Source of the DNA: Phoronis australis
Taxonomy: Eukaryota; Animalia; Phoronida
Direction of reading: 5' to 3'
Length of the DNA: 64,000 nucleotides
NCBI GenBank assembly: GCA_002633005.1
Contig: NMRA01000243.1
Location: forward strand, 399,718-463,717
The position numbers and the translations under genes are program-made. Below the pieces are notes generated by a model. That model did no database searches. It was not told the DNA's origin and saw only the letters and a list, made by a program, of their open reading frames with translations. Positions 38,501 through 48,954 of the stretch are shown in pieces; position 1 is the first letter of the stretch, and every line of letters starts with the position of its first letter.

Positions 38501-40934
38501 CTAAGTCATCCAAACCTACTATCAAAATGGTAAAAATTCTCCAATTTTGGCCTGTGAAGATTCAATTATTTTTCTCAAGGTCCAAGCTTTTACCAAATTT
38601 TAGAAGTAGGCAGTACTGGTTGAGTGTCCCAAATTCAAGAATTGCAATCAACGACAAACGACCATTCACATATATGTTACACACAATGGGGTTTCATGGG
38701 AATGTTGCTTCAGTGGCTATTTTCCAAGATTTCATCAACCAACAAGTCTAGTATCACAATCTCTGTTGATACAAACCCAGCTGTGTCTGATATTTGAGAA
38801 GTATGAATACCAAAATCTCACATGTCCCAGTTTTCAGAATCAAGAAAATTCGAGTTTGCTTTGAGTTTCGGTGTCCCCAAGTTTAGCGACTGTACCATGC
38901 TGAAGAATTTTTACCATAGCCTTTTTGGCACATTTTATGTATTAGAAATTTTACAGGAACCAATAAGAATAGAAATCAAATTTTATGCAACATTGTGAAT
39001 ATTGCATTTTTGAATTAAATTACACAAAAATTGACGATACCTTAAACTAGTGCAGGTGATTTCCTCATATGAAGTACAGTATACTGTATAAAGAACTGGT
39101 TAAGAAGGGATGTTCAATAACAACGAAATGAAAAACCAAATGCAATCATTATGGGAAGACATCACAAGTGACTATGACCACATGTGTTCTGACACCTGTG
39201 TCTTGTTTTGCTCACCTGTCCCGTTAAAGAGTTGAAAGAATAATAGTAATTCACTGTTAATTAGTAGAATTGGCCAAATTTAAAGGGAACAACAAATGAA
39301 ACACAATGCCGTAAAAAGCAAATAAAAAATGCTAGTGGAATGAATGTTCATAGCTGGCGCCATTACATTTCATTAAAATAGTGATTATTGTGTATTGTAT
39401 AGCTGGCCTAGTTTTACTTGAGAGCCTAGGTTTTGAAATCAGGCTCTCAAATAAAACTAGGTCACCATTAGGTAATAATCATTCCAATAAAATATTCCGA
39501 TAGCAACATGTACTTTAATTCCCCAAAGAGGAGTAGTACGTAAGCGTGTTAAATCAGAGTCAATTGGGAGTTTTTGCAAACACGGAATGAAAAAGTGTGC
39601 CTCTTGGTCAAAAGGTGGCAGTGTTGAGCTCATTTGCTTAGGCTCTTGATCATGACATTTGAAAGTCTATTGATTTCTGATGTGGAACAGAGGTGTTTGA
39701 AAGAATGATGTAGGTAGAGGCATGTGATTAAAAAAAAACAAATGCAAGTAATCAGTGTAATGACAATAATTGCCACTATTGTGAAATTACCTGGAAATCG
39801 TGGTCAATATTGTTGAATTAATGTCCTCGTTAATCAGATGACAGGATATTTCATATCATATTTCTCATTTTAAGATAATGAGTTCATTTGTATGGAAGGC
39901 TTTGCGTGTAGTTCACGTGTCGATACAGCACTAACTCTTTTATTTTGGATAATCTCTTGAAATTGACAAGAAATAATGTCAGTTACTCCATTTCGATTTA
40001 GACAACATGAACATTTTTCAATTACGAAAGCAAAACAAGATTTTGTAGGCCTTAAATTTTTAATCTTATTCACCAAAATGTCAGGAGTCCACTCTATGCA
40101 ACAGTCTGTGTATAATTCTATTCAGTTGCAGTACACGTAGACTAGCTTTGATGTTGGACTGCGCTTCCTTTAGAGTAATTTCCTCTTCTCAGTCGCACTC
40201 AGTTATTGCCTCTACTTTTCAGCAACTACATTGTCAGCTGGCTCAGTGGCGTCGGTCCGGTGGCTGGACTCAGTCTTAGCCTCGACTACGCTGACATCAA
40301 AGTCGACTCGTCTGCTCCCCTGAACATGCAACAACAAGCACATGACACGAGCGCCACACGTCTGGACACACTGATGGCTCACACCATGAAACTAGATGAG
40401 GAGGCTAAGCACGTGGATGCCACAAGAAACCCTATTACAGGTCCTCCGAAGAAACCAAAGGCAGCGAAGAGCTCCCCCAATGGTGGACAGGACGTGGTGT
40501 TACCAGGCAAGAGCAATACTGTCGACAAAGTTGGAGAAGGCGGGGTTGAATCTAGACAGTCCACATTTGATGATGGCTACAAAGACATGTCAGGTTTGAA
40601 TGAAGAAGACGAGTTGGAAGGAAATGAGTTTGGCAACAGTCTCTATCTACTTGCCTGTGATTACGTTGAGCTGTTTCCTGATAGCCAGCCATTGTCCCTG
40701 AATGACGACCCAATTTTCCCTAGCTACACTGGTCCGGGGGATAAAGAAGAGACAGATAAGAAGGCAACCACTAAAGAAGCTCCGCCCAGTACGCCTCCAG
40801 CAAAGAGTGATAGAGAGGATAATAAGAAAGACGGAAAGGATAAAAAGAAAGAAGGACAGGATAAAAAGAAAGAAGGTGAGGATGCGAAGAAAGTATCTGA
40901 AAGCCTTCCATACCCAATAATGTGCGTGGTGTGA
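29408..40934 (+). CDS. ATG10: Ubiquitin-like-conjugating enzyme ATG10 (5 exons, 421 aa, long C-terminal extension)
   Basis: Spliced protein has the ATG10 motifs EYHILYSPSYSVPVLMF, EHPLLGQPFYQLHPC (catalytic Cys codon at 34734-34736) and NYIVSWLSGVGPVAGL. GT-AG introns, phases 0,0,1,2; joined CDS 1266 nt. Confidence 0.95.
29584..29645 (-). CDS. Candidate alternative first coding exon of SSDP (MNSHLDSRRVELSRTGELAV-R) inside ATG10 intron 1
   Basis: ATG at 29645, 62 nt open, ends in phase 2 at CAG|gtattc, the phase needed to join SSDP exon 2; locally CpG-rich. Confidence 0.4.
30256..30390 (+). CDS. ATG10: ATG10 exon 2 (GKPFSVFLSKKEVIP...NDDDDLQ)
   Basis: ttttgtag acceptor, 135 nt open in phase 0, CAG|gtgatt donor; acidic flexible region typical of ATG10. 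Confidence 0.85.
30870..31271 (+). mobile_element. Possible solo LTR
   Basis: TGTAAC...AACA ends, repeated TTCTAGAA-like motifs, TATA (ctatataa ~31084), AATAAA (31195); no TSD resolved. Confidence 0.35.
32423..32440 (-). promoter_or_regulatory. CTCF-like motif
   Basis: Reverse complement CACCACCAGGGGGCAGTG matches the CTCF core; motif match only. Confidence 0.35.
32783..32903 (+). CDS. ATG10: ATG10 exon 3 (VCDPS...EYHILYSPSYSVPVLMFNCYRQ)
   Basis: tttcag acceptor, 121 nt, gtaagt donor; conserved Y-S-x-S-Y-x-V-P-V-L motif. Confidence 0.95.
34594..34780 (+). CDS. ATG10: ATG10 exon 4 (catalytic HPC exon), copy A
   Basis: cacag acceptor, 187 nt, AG|gtatgt donor; DGSLLPLRDVW...EHPLLGQPFYQLHPCNTAHLM. 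Confidence 0.93.
35120..35457 (+). mobile_element. Helentron-associated / DINE-1- or pearl-like non-autonomous element (truncated by gap)
   Basis: T-rich insertion site, hairpin TCCACATAT-tt-ATATGTGGA (35127-35146), (CGTC)n microsatellite, ~145-bp core repeats with TTCATGAAATTTGG; absent from the duplicate copy at ~36038. Confidence 0.75.
35458..35489. other. Assembly gap flanked by a ~550-bp duplication (34571-35119 vs 35490-36038)
   Basis: Run of Ns; near-identical sequence on both sides. Confidence 0.95.
35513..35699 (+). CDS. ATG10: ATG10 exon 4 duplicate, copy B (probably the other haplotype)
   Basis: Same 187-nt exon right after the N gap 35458-35489; only synonymous or intronic differences seen (CAA/CAG, gtatgt/gtacgt). 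Confidence 0.75.
37385..39158. repeat. ~870-bp tandem duplication around a single N (37385-38248 vs 38286-39158)
   Basis: Near-identical blocks separated by N at 38249; probable haplotype overlap. Confidence 0.9.
40223..40934 (+). CDS. ATG10: ATG10 terminal exon 5 (NYIVSWLSGVGPVAGLSLSLDYA + ~213-aa extension)
   Basis: cttttcag acceptor; phase 2 matches exon 4; open to TGA at 40932-40934 (ORF 40206..40934). Confidence 0.9.
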
Positions 40935-41542
40935 AGGGGTCATTTCTGTGATCTGTCATGCACTTGTCTTTTATTCACTTTTGTGAAATTCTCAATAAGA
41001 TTTCCTTTATTTTGAACAATTAGATGATTAACAACTGGTAAATAATTTATATGCTAAATGAAATCTGAGATTTCAAAAATCTCTTGTCTTTAACATCACA
41101 AATAAAGTATGTAACGAAAGTATGGAAGCACGTTGATGCCTTGAAGTTTTTTTTTTAATCTGTTTTTCATGATAGTGATTTGTTTCTTTTAAAAACTTGT
41201 CCAAATAATTGAGATCAACTCACCTGTCGGTTAAGTTCTCTGTATATCCTGTAACGCCTTGTGCTTACTCAAAACAACTCTTGGTTTGTTAAACATATTT
41301 TATGACACTGATTGCGTGATTTTGTGAGACACAATTATAGTGGAGAGTTTGTTTGAAAAATGTACTGATTAAACATTGCTATAATGCAGTATAAGACCTG
41401 TGTATACTTTGAATCACTGTGTATTTTGTGTGGAAGTTTAAACATATTCACGTTGACACTTTGATCTTGAAGTTTTTATACAATGGTTTTTGTTAAGTTT
41501 TTGATTTTATTTATACTCTTGTGCAATATTTATTCATTTTCC

Positions 41543-41548
41543 AATAAA
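41543..41548 (+). terminator. Likely ATG10 polyadenylation signal (alternative AATAAA at 41101)
   Basis: AATAAA followed ~20 nt later by a GT/T-rich element (gttgtttgttgattttttg), at the end of a T-rich 3'UTR-like stretch. Confidence 0.6.
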
Positions 41549-44340
41549 CACCATTGTTCCTGAAGTTGTTTGTTGATTTTTTGCTATTCTTTCATTGTTG
41601 AAATTTTTAAATATGCTACATGTATATACTCAAAAGTGCGTCATGAATCGGGAACCGCCACTCGAAGTCTACTCGGTCAAATGTAGCAAGCAAAATGGCT
41701 TTTGACATTCCATGTGAAATTTTCAGTAGAGCAGTCGCTGTATTCGATCCATAAGGATAATTGGACTCAAATACCCCGTATGTGAAAAGTGGTTACCACA
41801 GGAAAGAAACAAAATGATACATACCTGGTTCTTCTGTCACACTGAGAAAGACCAACGCTCGACGATGGTCTTATATTTTACGTTGCACAATGCACATGTA
41901 TAAAGCGGGGCCACCAAGCCCCCTTACCGCCAGACGTCGCCTTCCACAGGCCTCTCAACTTCAACACTTGTGTTTAAATCGGCGGCCGCTAAAACCATAA
42001 AAAATTCACAAAATCAGGAAACTTCTGAAATCGACTCACAGTCGACACGGCTTGGAGTTCATCAATAATTTCGATATCCACCAAGGAAAGCAAAAAGTGA
42101 TGCGATTGTGTATTCCCTCTCGAGCCGCGTGCAGACTGCTTCTGCTCAACCACTGGGTGTTGTTGAAATCCATAGATCGACTTCTCCTCCCCTTACACGT
42201 GCGTCTATCAAATGTAAGACGTAGACTGTCCCCAACTGGCCATGATTATGGATCTACGACGAGCGTCTGCGTCCCCAATATTGTAATTTTATTTTGATTT
42301 TGATAAAATTGTAAGGTTCAAAAATATCTTAACAAAGGAATTAACTGAGATGTGCTTTTCATCTTTACCTCTTGTTGAACTGACAAACACAGAGGCAGAG
42401 AATGTGTCGCTGCATTCAAGAAGTTGTGCGTGCGTTTCAAATCAATCCAAATTTATTGAACAAGAGGGGGACCAGTCCCCAGTTTGCAATCATGAACGTA
42501 CATGGCAAACGAACACAACACCATCATAGCCCCTTATATATACAAGTGCGTTGCACTCATGGCCTCGAGTTTAAACTGACCGTGGCCAGCATATTTGAGA
42601 CTCGACTCAACAATTGACCTTATGTTTACAAAAAAAAACACTGATAACCATTGAAAATATAAAAATAACGTTTCAGTTTAACCACACACTCACCTATCAC
42701 ACGCACAATCTAATCAAGGGAACGAATAAAACAAACACATTGCGTAATGAGGGACCTCTCTTTCATTCAACCGCTGACGTTTCATGTGGAGAATTTATCG
42801 CTTACACTGGTGACCCTAAGCCCCAGACAACTTTTACGATGCCTATTCAGCACGCCCTTTGTATTGATGTAGATCTGAGCTAATGAAGTGGAAAGGTAAT
42901 TGCTAGCATTACTGTCTCAACAAAGGTTGTTGTTAGTACCCCCATTTTTTTCTGACATTTGCAGAGTTATAGCCTGCAACTCTGGAGAGTAATTTTAACT
43001 CCATTATAAATATTACAAAATGACTAAAAAGGTTAACTTGTGTTTATCTTCACAAAGGGCCACTTCCCAAAGGAACCATAAGTTTCATATTGTTTTTTAT
43101 TTAATTTTAATGTTTCTGCCCATTTGTTTTTTCCGTACCGGAAACGGGTTGATAATTTTTTTATCTAAGTTTTAAACTTGAAGTACCAAAACTGTGGTAG
43201 ATTTTGATCGCCAGCAAAACTTAATTAGTTAAGTTCATTGTGAGACGACCCCTAAACTTACCACATTACAGGTACACTAAACATTTCACGTATCACTAAA
43301 GTTTAATCTTTCAGATTAGAAATCAAATTATAAAATATATACAAAAGTGCAAATATGGTGATAACCAAGCTGAAGATTTGTAATCTCTGGACAATTTTGG
43401 TGACACTGACTATATAACTATTCTAGCTCTTTGTCAGTAATAAAAAATGAAAAGTGGGCACAACAACTGTTTCCTGGTCAAAAATCTGGTTAAACGAGAT
43501 TGAAAGAATATTAAAAAATGAATCCATTTGATATTGTTAACTCTGATCAGCGTTTGTATATCCACTGAGTATATCAATACGCGCGGTAGTTTATCTTCAA
43601 TCGTACCCAATGGTTGTAGATTTTAGATTATTAGCTCATCGATTTTTAAAAATCGGAATCCGTACTTGGTTATTTTTTTTCAACTGAATACCGCCGTGTT
43701 GTTCGTTTATGACGAAAATTAGTGGTTAATGCATTTTGAAAATTCGCCATTATGCACACTCAGAGACGTTTAATACAGTTTATGCTGTTGCAGTTTTTTA
43801 AATCAACAGTTCGTTTAATGCAGATTTTTTTCATGAAAAGCATAAATGTTGAATGCCCCGTTTACAAAAGTTTGTCATTTTAAAAACAATTTCCAACCTC
43901 GTTCTGGAGAACAGTGCGTCAATGCATGGCAGCATTTATAAGTAACAGATGAATCTGATCAGGCATTTTTGAGATAGGATGATCCGAAGTTGGCCAAATT
44001 TGAACATTTTTGCACGAACTTAAATAACCTTAAGAAAAACTAAAAAAAATCAGAATCAGAGATGCCAACTTTGAACAAGTTTCTGCAAGTACTTAATATT
44101 CTATGTGTCGTCCAAAATTGGAAACATTAAGTCGACTGCCAGAAGTGCCAAAGTAAAGCATCAGTAGACCTGCGTTCCGTTCAAAATGTGAACTTTTGAT
44201 TTCGACTCCTTACCGCTGTGGAATTGGTCTCAACTTGTTCCTGACTCAGATGAGAAATGATTTCCGGGTTTGCAATTCATTATTGCTGTAGACCATGCTC
44301 GACCCATCACGTGACACACCGTGACAATCCAACCTGGCGT

Positions 44341-44468
44341 GCGTTCAGTAACCCTAGGACCTAAGTAAAATCTAGCGAAAGTCACGTGTTCTCATTTAAA
44401 ATACACAGCAGTATCTCACGTCATCTCGCGAAGTCTTGCTTTTAGCGAGGCCCTAGGGTTAATGAACA
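44341..44468. mobile_element. MITE (GTTCAGTAACCCTAGG termini) with shared core
   Basis: Inverted ends; core TCACGTGTTCTCATTTAAAATACAC...CGCGAAGTCTTGC shared with 52065 and 9088. Confidence 0.7.
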
Positions 44469-45144
44469 GAAGGCTGCATGGTCTCGAGCAATAACATCGC
44501 TTGTGTACGTGTGTGTGAAACGTATGAATGTGCCGCCTCAGTCAGCTCTATAGATGTAATACTACAAATGGTGATACATGTCTGTAAGGACTTGCTTTTG
44601 TTTTTTAATCACTTACTTGGTTATCTTATAAACTTAAACTCTGAAAAAAAACATTGCGTGAGATGAATTGACTGAATAGGAATGTTAAGCATGACGTCAT
44701 TTTGACGACATTTTGACGACGTGTCTATTCTTCCGGGTTCAAATTGCGCCATCTACTGCTTTAACACGTCATCACTAAACATCCGAATTATCACCTCCAT
44801 TGACCAAGGAACAATTTTGAGACAAATTTCAAAACTCTAAGTAGTTTAAAAGAAAATTCAATATTCTGATGGAAGGCGGGTTTATAGGCGTCTTTTAAAC
44901 AGAGGAAATGTTTGCGTTTTCCACCAGTCATGAGTAGGAACTGCACTTCAGGCATTTTCCCCCAAGTGTCTTCGCATGTTAGTCTCTTCTGAACATTTTG
45001 AGACTACGTGGGGTGAAAATAAGTCTATCAATTTTTTGACGAAAAATATAAAATCGACATTATTTTGGTGCAGTATGGATGACAAGTGTCTCTTGTTTAC
45101 TCCAGTGTTTGTGAAACAACGCGCTTTTTGAAAGAACCAAATCA

Positions 45145-45413
45145 TAGGCGTAGGAAAGTTTTCTTTAGTAGGGCGTAGAGCGCAGCCTCCGACAAGATTC
45201 GCTTGCTTACTGCTCTCGCCCCTTGTTGGTGTAATTCAGTTTCATCCCCTCCAGGTCCGCCCCACATCTCTCCCCCTTTTGCCACCAGTTTCATCCCAGC
45301 ACTAGCGACTCATATTTTTCTAGTCGGCCACTTTTATAAAGGCCGACTTCATGAGTGAGCCGGGGAACTTGTCCCCGCTTCCCCCGCTGCGCCTCCCGCT
45401 TCCTATACGCCTG
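45145..45413. mobile_element. MITE with (C/T)AGGCGTAGGAA termini
   Basis: taggcgtaggaa ... ttcctatacgcctg inverted ends; C-rich subterminal tract. Confidence 0.55.
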
Positions 45414-45514
45414 TTGCTTGAACTCGAAAAAGTTTGCCGGGGTAGACTGCGTTTAAGACAGAAAATATGTCAACATCTTCCGTTTACGGTTGAGCCAAGT
45501 AAGTTCACCTCACT

Positions 45515-45580
45515 ATCACCATCATCATCACCATCCTCATCACCGTTATCGTAGTCATCATCATCGTCGTCGTCGTCGTC

Positions 45581-45651
<71 letters not shown>
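45515..45651. repeat. (CAT)n/(CGT)n microsatellite
   Basis: Direct reading; explains the poly-D/H/M ORFs. Confidence 0.97.
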
Positions 45652-46285
45652 GAGGTGACTGACACGGTGACCGAGCGTGCATGTATAAAACAGCTTTGAA
45701 CGTTTGAATGATAATAGATAATATGCTAAACAAAGGCTGAACAAGGTTTATGCACTATTTAAATCATCAAATGAAGATTAAACAAAACCGCGTGATGTCT
45801 TTCGTGCTTGACATTTATACAGCGAATCCCTGTACAAGCATTTGATGCTCAAATTATTATAGAAAGTTTTATACACATGTCTGCTCTCATCGATTTCTAG
45901 GTTTGTTGTCTGTTGAGAACGTATTACTATTAAATTAAGTAAGCCAGCAATATTGTTTAATTCTGTATATGTATCTTCATCATGGTGAAATTCATAATTT
46001 ATGATTGTGATTGTTTTTCATGATATCAGAGTTAACTTGGTTTTATTTTGAAATTTCATGCGGAGTTACACGTAGCTCTAACACAAAAGCTAACGTAAAG
46101 CTTTTACATTGGACAATGTGCTTTCCAAACATGATTTTTTTCTATTTCACATAGAATTGGGGTTCTGGTTGATATACGAGTGACAAACTGGTAATACTAC
46201 GTATGCTTTTTGACTTTGTCGTCTACCCAGTGTGTATCGTGTTCTCCTGTACACGCGGAGAAGACAGCCTAAAACGTTGCATAAT

Positions 46286-46465
46286 TTGTCGCCTTCAACA
46301 TTTATCGTCGCACGGATGACAATACTTGCCTAGTGAGACAATATGTACTGTAAACACCTACACATATTGTCGCTCAGCCGACAATATATTTCTGTGTTGG
46401 CGGCACTTATTGTCGCGTTCGGCAAATATTATTGCCCGTGCGATGGCATGTGTTGAGGGCGACAA
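46286..46465. mobile_element. Foldback/hairpin MITE-like element
   Basis: ~58-bp imperfect inverted arms TTGTCGCC(T/C)TCAACA...GACAATA. Confidence 0.7.
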
Positions 46466-47929
46466 TACAAGTCAAAACAGAGAGAACGTCGATGAGTCTG
46501 GACTTCCTTACTCAGGAGCTTGTGCATTGCTGAAATGAAGAACTTTTAGATTAATTTTCCTTGATAGGCCTTCGCCCGTCTGACCAAGATCGTCCATCCG
46601 CCGGCGCCTGGGAAATCTGTTCGATGTAATTACACGGCGTTCTATCTAAGCGCGTTCTCTTCTCATGAATGTCATTCTTTTCTCACAAGCCTGCATGGTT
46701 TCCTATGTTACGATTAACAGAAATTTTATCATGAAAATCTTTCTTTTCTAGTAAATCGCAAAGCCACGAGTCAGCACGTGCTTGGTATACAATGCAGGCC
46801 TATAAAACTGGACGTGCATGTATATATATATACCACTGGTACAAGCTGGTACAAATATTCTGTCTTGGATGGTGAGGCCAGGGAAGAAAACACACGCATG
46901 AATTTTAATGTTTACGGTGTTTCTGCACTAGAGCTCTCATGACCCATCTGAAACTGGAGTCCCTACCTGGAACAAGATTATAAGCTAGTCGGAAACAGAG
47001 CGCATGACTATTCAGGCTAGCAAATACAGCTGAATGTTCCCTGAGTTTCGATATGGACGCTATTAAATACGGCACGTTGTACTTATATGCAATTGATGCC
47101 CATATGCCGCAGAAATACAGATTTTACAAATGAGCCCAAGGTTTTATCGACAGTACACATACAGTAGACACGCTGTATTCGATTCAAGCGCGAGGCGATC
47201 CATTTGTGCGCTGCTGAACCTACGAGCAGGCTTGGAGAAGATGCAGTGAAGCTTCGTCGAAATATGCACTTAGATATAACACACGAAACGGGAAACACTT
47301 AAACCGTTAGCGATTGTAGACAATGCAGGGAAGCTTTCAGTGCAGTAATTATTGTACGAGTGAGGATGGACAACGGAGTGTGGAGTATAACCGTGACATG
47401 CAATAACGAGTCGGAAAATCGCGGGATCTGGGCATCCAGGTAGCAGCTCACGTGTTACTGCATTGCACGCACTCTCACTTATGTAAACCGTCGTCGGCAT
47501 ACAGGATTCATTCATACAGGTGAGTGAGACGCATTACGAATATTATGGTAAGTTTACGTCGGGTTCAAGTTTTCCGACTGATATACCAGCTTTTTTTCTA
47601 TTTTGGCGTTTTGCCAAAGAGCTTAAATATTTTTTTACTGCTGCTTACAATCTTATGATGACGCGCGTGTTACCGTGCTGTGTCCGATGTTGAACGAGAG
47701 CCGTGGGAGCAGATTATGTCTAATAGCGCGTTACATTTTCTAGAGAAAGAAATCCCCTGTGTGGACTAAGATACTTCGAGTATTGACTGTTGTTCACTCA
47801 TGCTAACACGATTTCTCCGGTGCAGTGTTTACGCGTTATGGACGGGATCCAAGGCGTTAGGTACGGTATTTGCTTATTGTTTACATGTATGTAATAGTGT
47901 TTCATAGAATCTAAGTGCCGAGAACACCG

Positions 47930-48063
47930 GCAGCGCGGATCCAGTATGACGATTAGAGGGAGTCTGACGACGAGACATATTTCACCGTTCGGTCAATGAT
48001 GGAATAGGAGGTCCAAGCAGGGGGTTCGAACTGAACCCGCTGAATCCCCTATAGCTGCGCCTG
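47930..48063. mobile_element. Degenerate MITE (CAG-GCGCGGATCCAG ... GCGCCTG type)
   Basis: Inverted termini plus GGGGGTTCGAA..GAACCC..CCCC subterminal motif. Confidence 0.45.
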
Positions 48064-48426
48064 AACGATGTCTAAAATCTAGTAACAATTGTCTAATAAC
48101 AAACTGAAAAGATGGATTCTGTAACGTAATATTAGGTTCTAGTTTCAAGACTGTTCGTACATGTATGTTTTGATTTCACTTTATTATCCAAGATATAACC
48201 GAGCGATTGGCCTGTAAGCTGCTGAAATGCATACAAGCTGCAACGACATCGGCTGCTTTTGACATGAGTGAAGGAATTAGTAGTTATAGAATGTACAATA
48301 TAATCTTGAAGTCGACACTTATCTAGTCACATTGAAAAGTCAAATTAAAGAATTCAATCGTATTGATTAATGCTAAACATGAACGCACTGAATTGAAATC
48401 CTGATACTGTATACCCCGCACTCAGA

Positions 48427-48954
48427 CCAGGGGGGTACTCGACTAGATTGTTAACAGTGGTACAGGTGAAGTTCTAGGATACCCTCTGCGAAGTTGAAAA
48501 AGGGACAATATGTATGTTTATTAATCAGACAAACTAACAAACTTTCCAGTCGCTTCGACCTATATCCGGAACTGAGTATGGGAGACAATTCCCACAATAT
48601 ATAACGTATTTGTGAGGAGTTTTAATCGCCCTTTTCAAGGACAGAAACACCACCCTTAGGAATTACCTCCGTAACCCTCTCGTAGACATTCGTCGACAAG
48701 TGTCTTTTTAACCGCCAGAAGCCTAGATGCCGTGTTGTCAAAAGTGAAAATTATCGATCTTTTGCAAAACATAAATCAGATTTTCGTGGTTGAAAAACAC
48801 TGAGAAAGCTTGTTCAGAGTTTCAAACTCCCGAAATGATCTATTTTGTAGAAAGTTAAGTCGTAAAAGGTATTTTGCAAGAAAATAGGTAGTGAAAAGGT
48901 CACCCAGGTTAGACATGAACGTCCCGTATACCTGTTCTGTGGGAGTACCCCCGG
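48427..48954. mobile_element. MITE with CC(A/G)GGGGGTACTC termini
   Basis: ccaggggggtactc ... gagtacccccgg inverted ends. Confidence 0.65.

Noticed and set aside
37385-39158. Biological tandem duplication in ATG10 intron 4
   Set aside because: Near-identical copies joined at an N; most simply an uncollapsed haplotype overlap.
40920-40934. Canonical CaaX prenylation box on ATG10
   Set aside because: Terminus is C-V-V-stop, with only two residues after the Cys; kept only as a non-canonical possibility.
45470-45744. Poly-Asp/His/Met ORFs
   Set aside because: Translations of a (CAT)n microsatellite.
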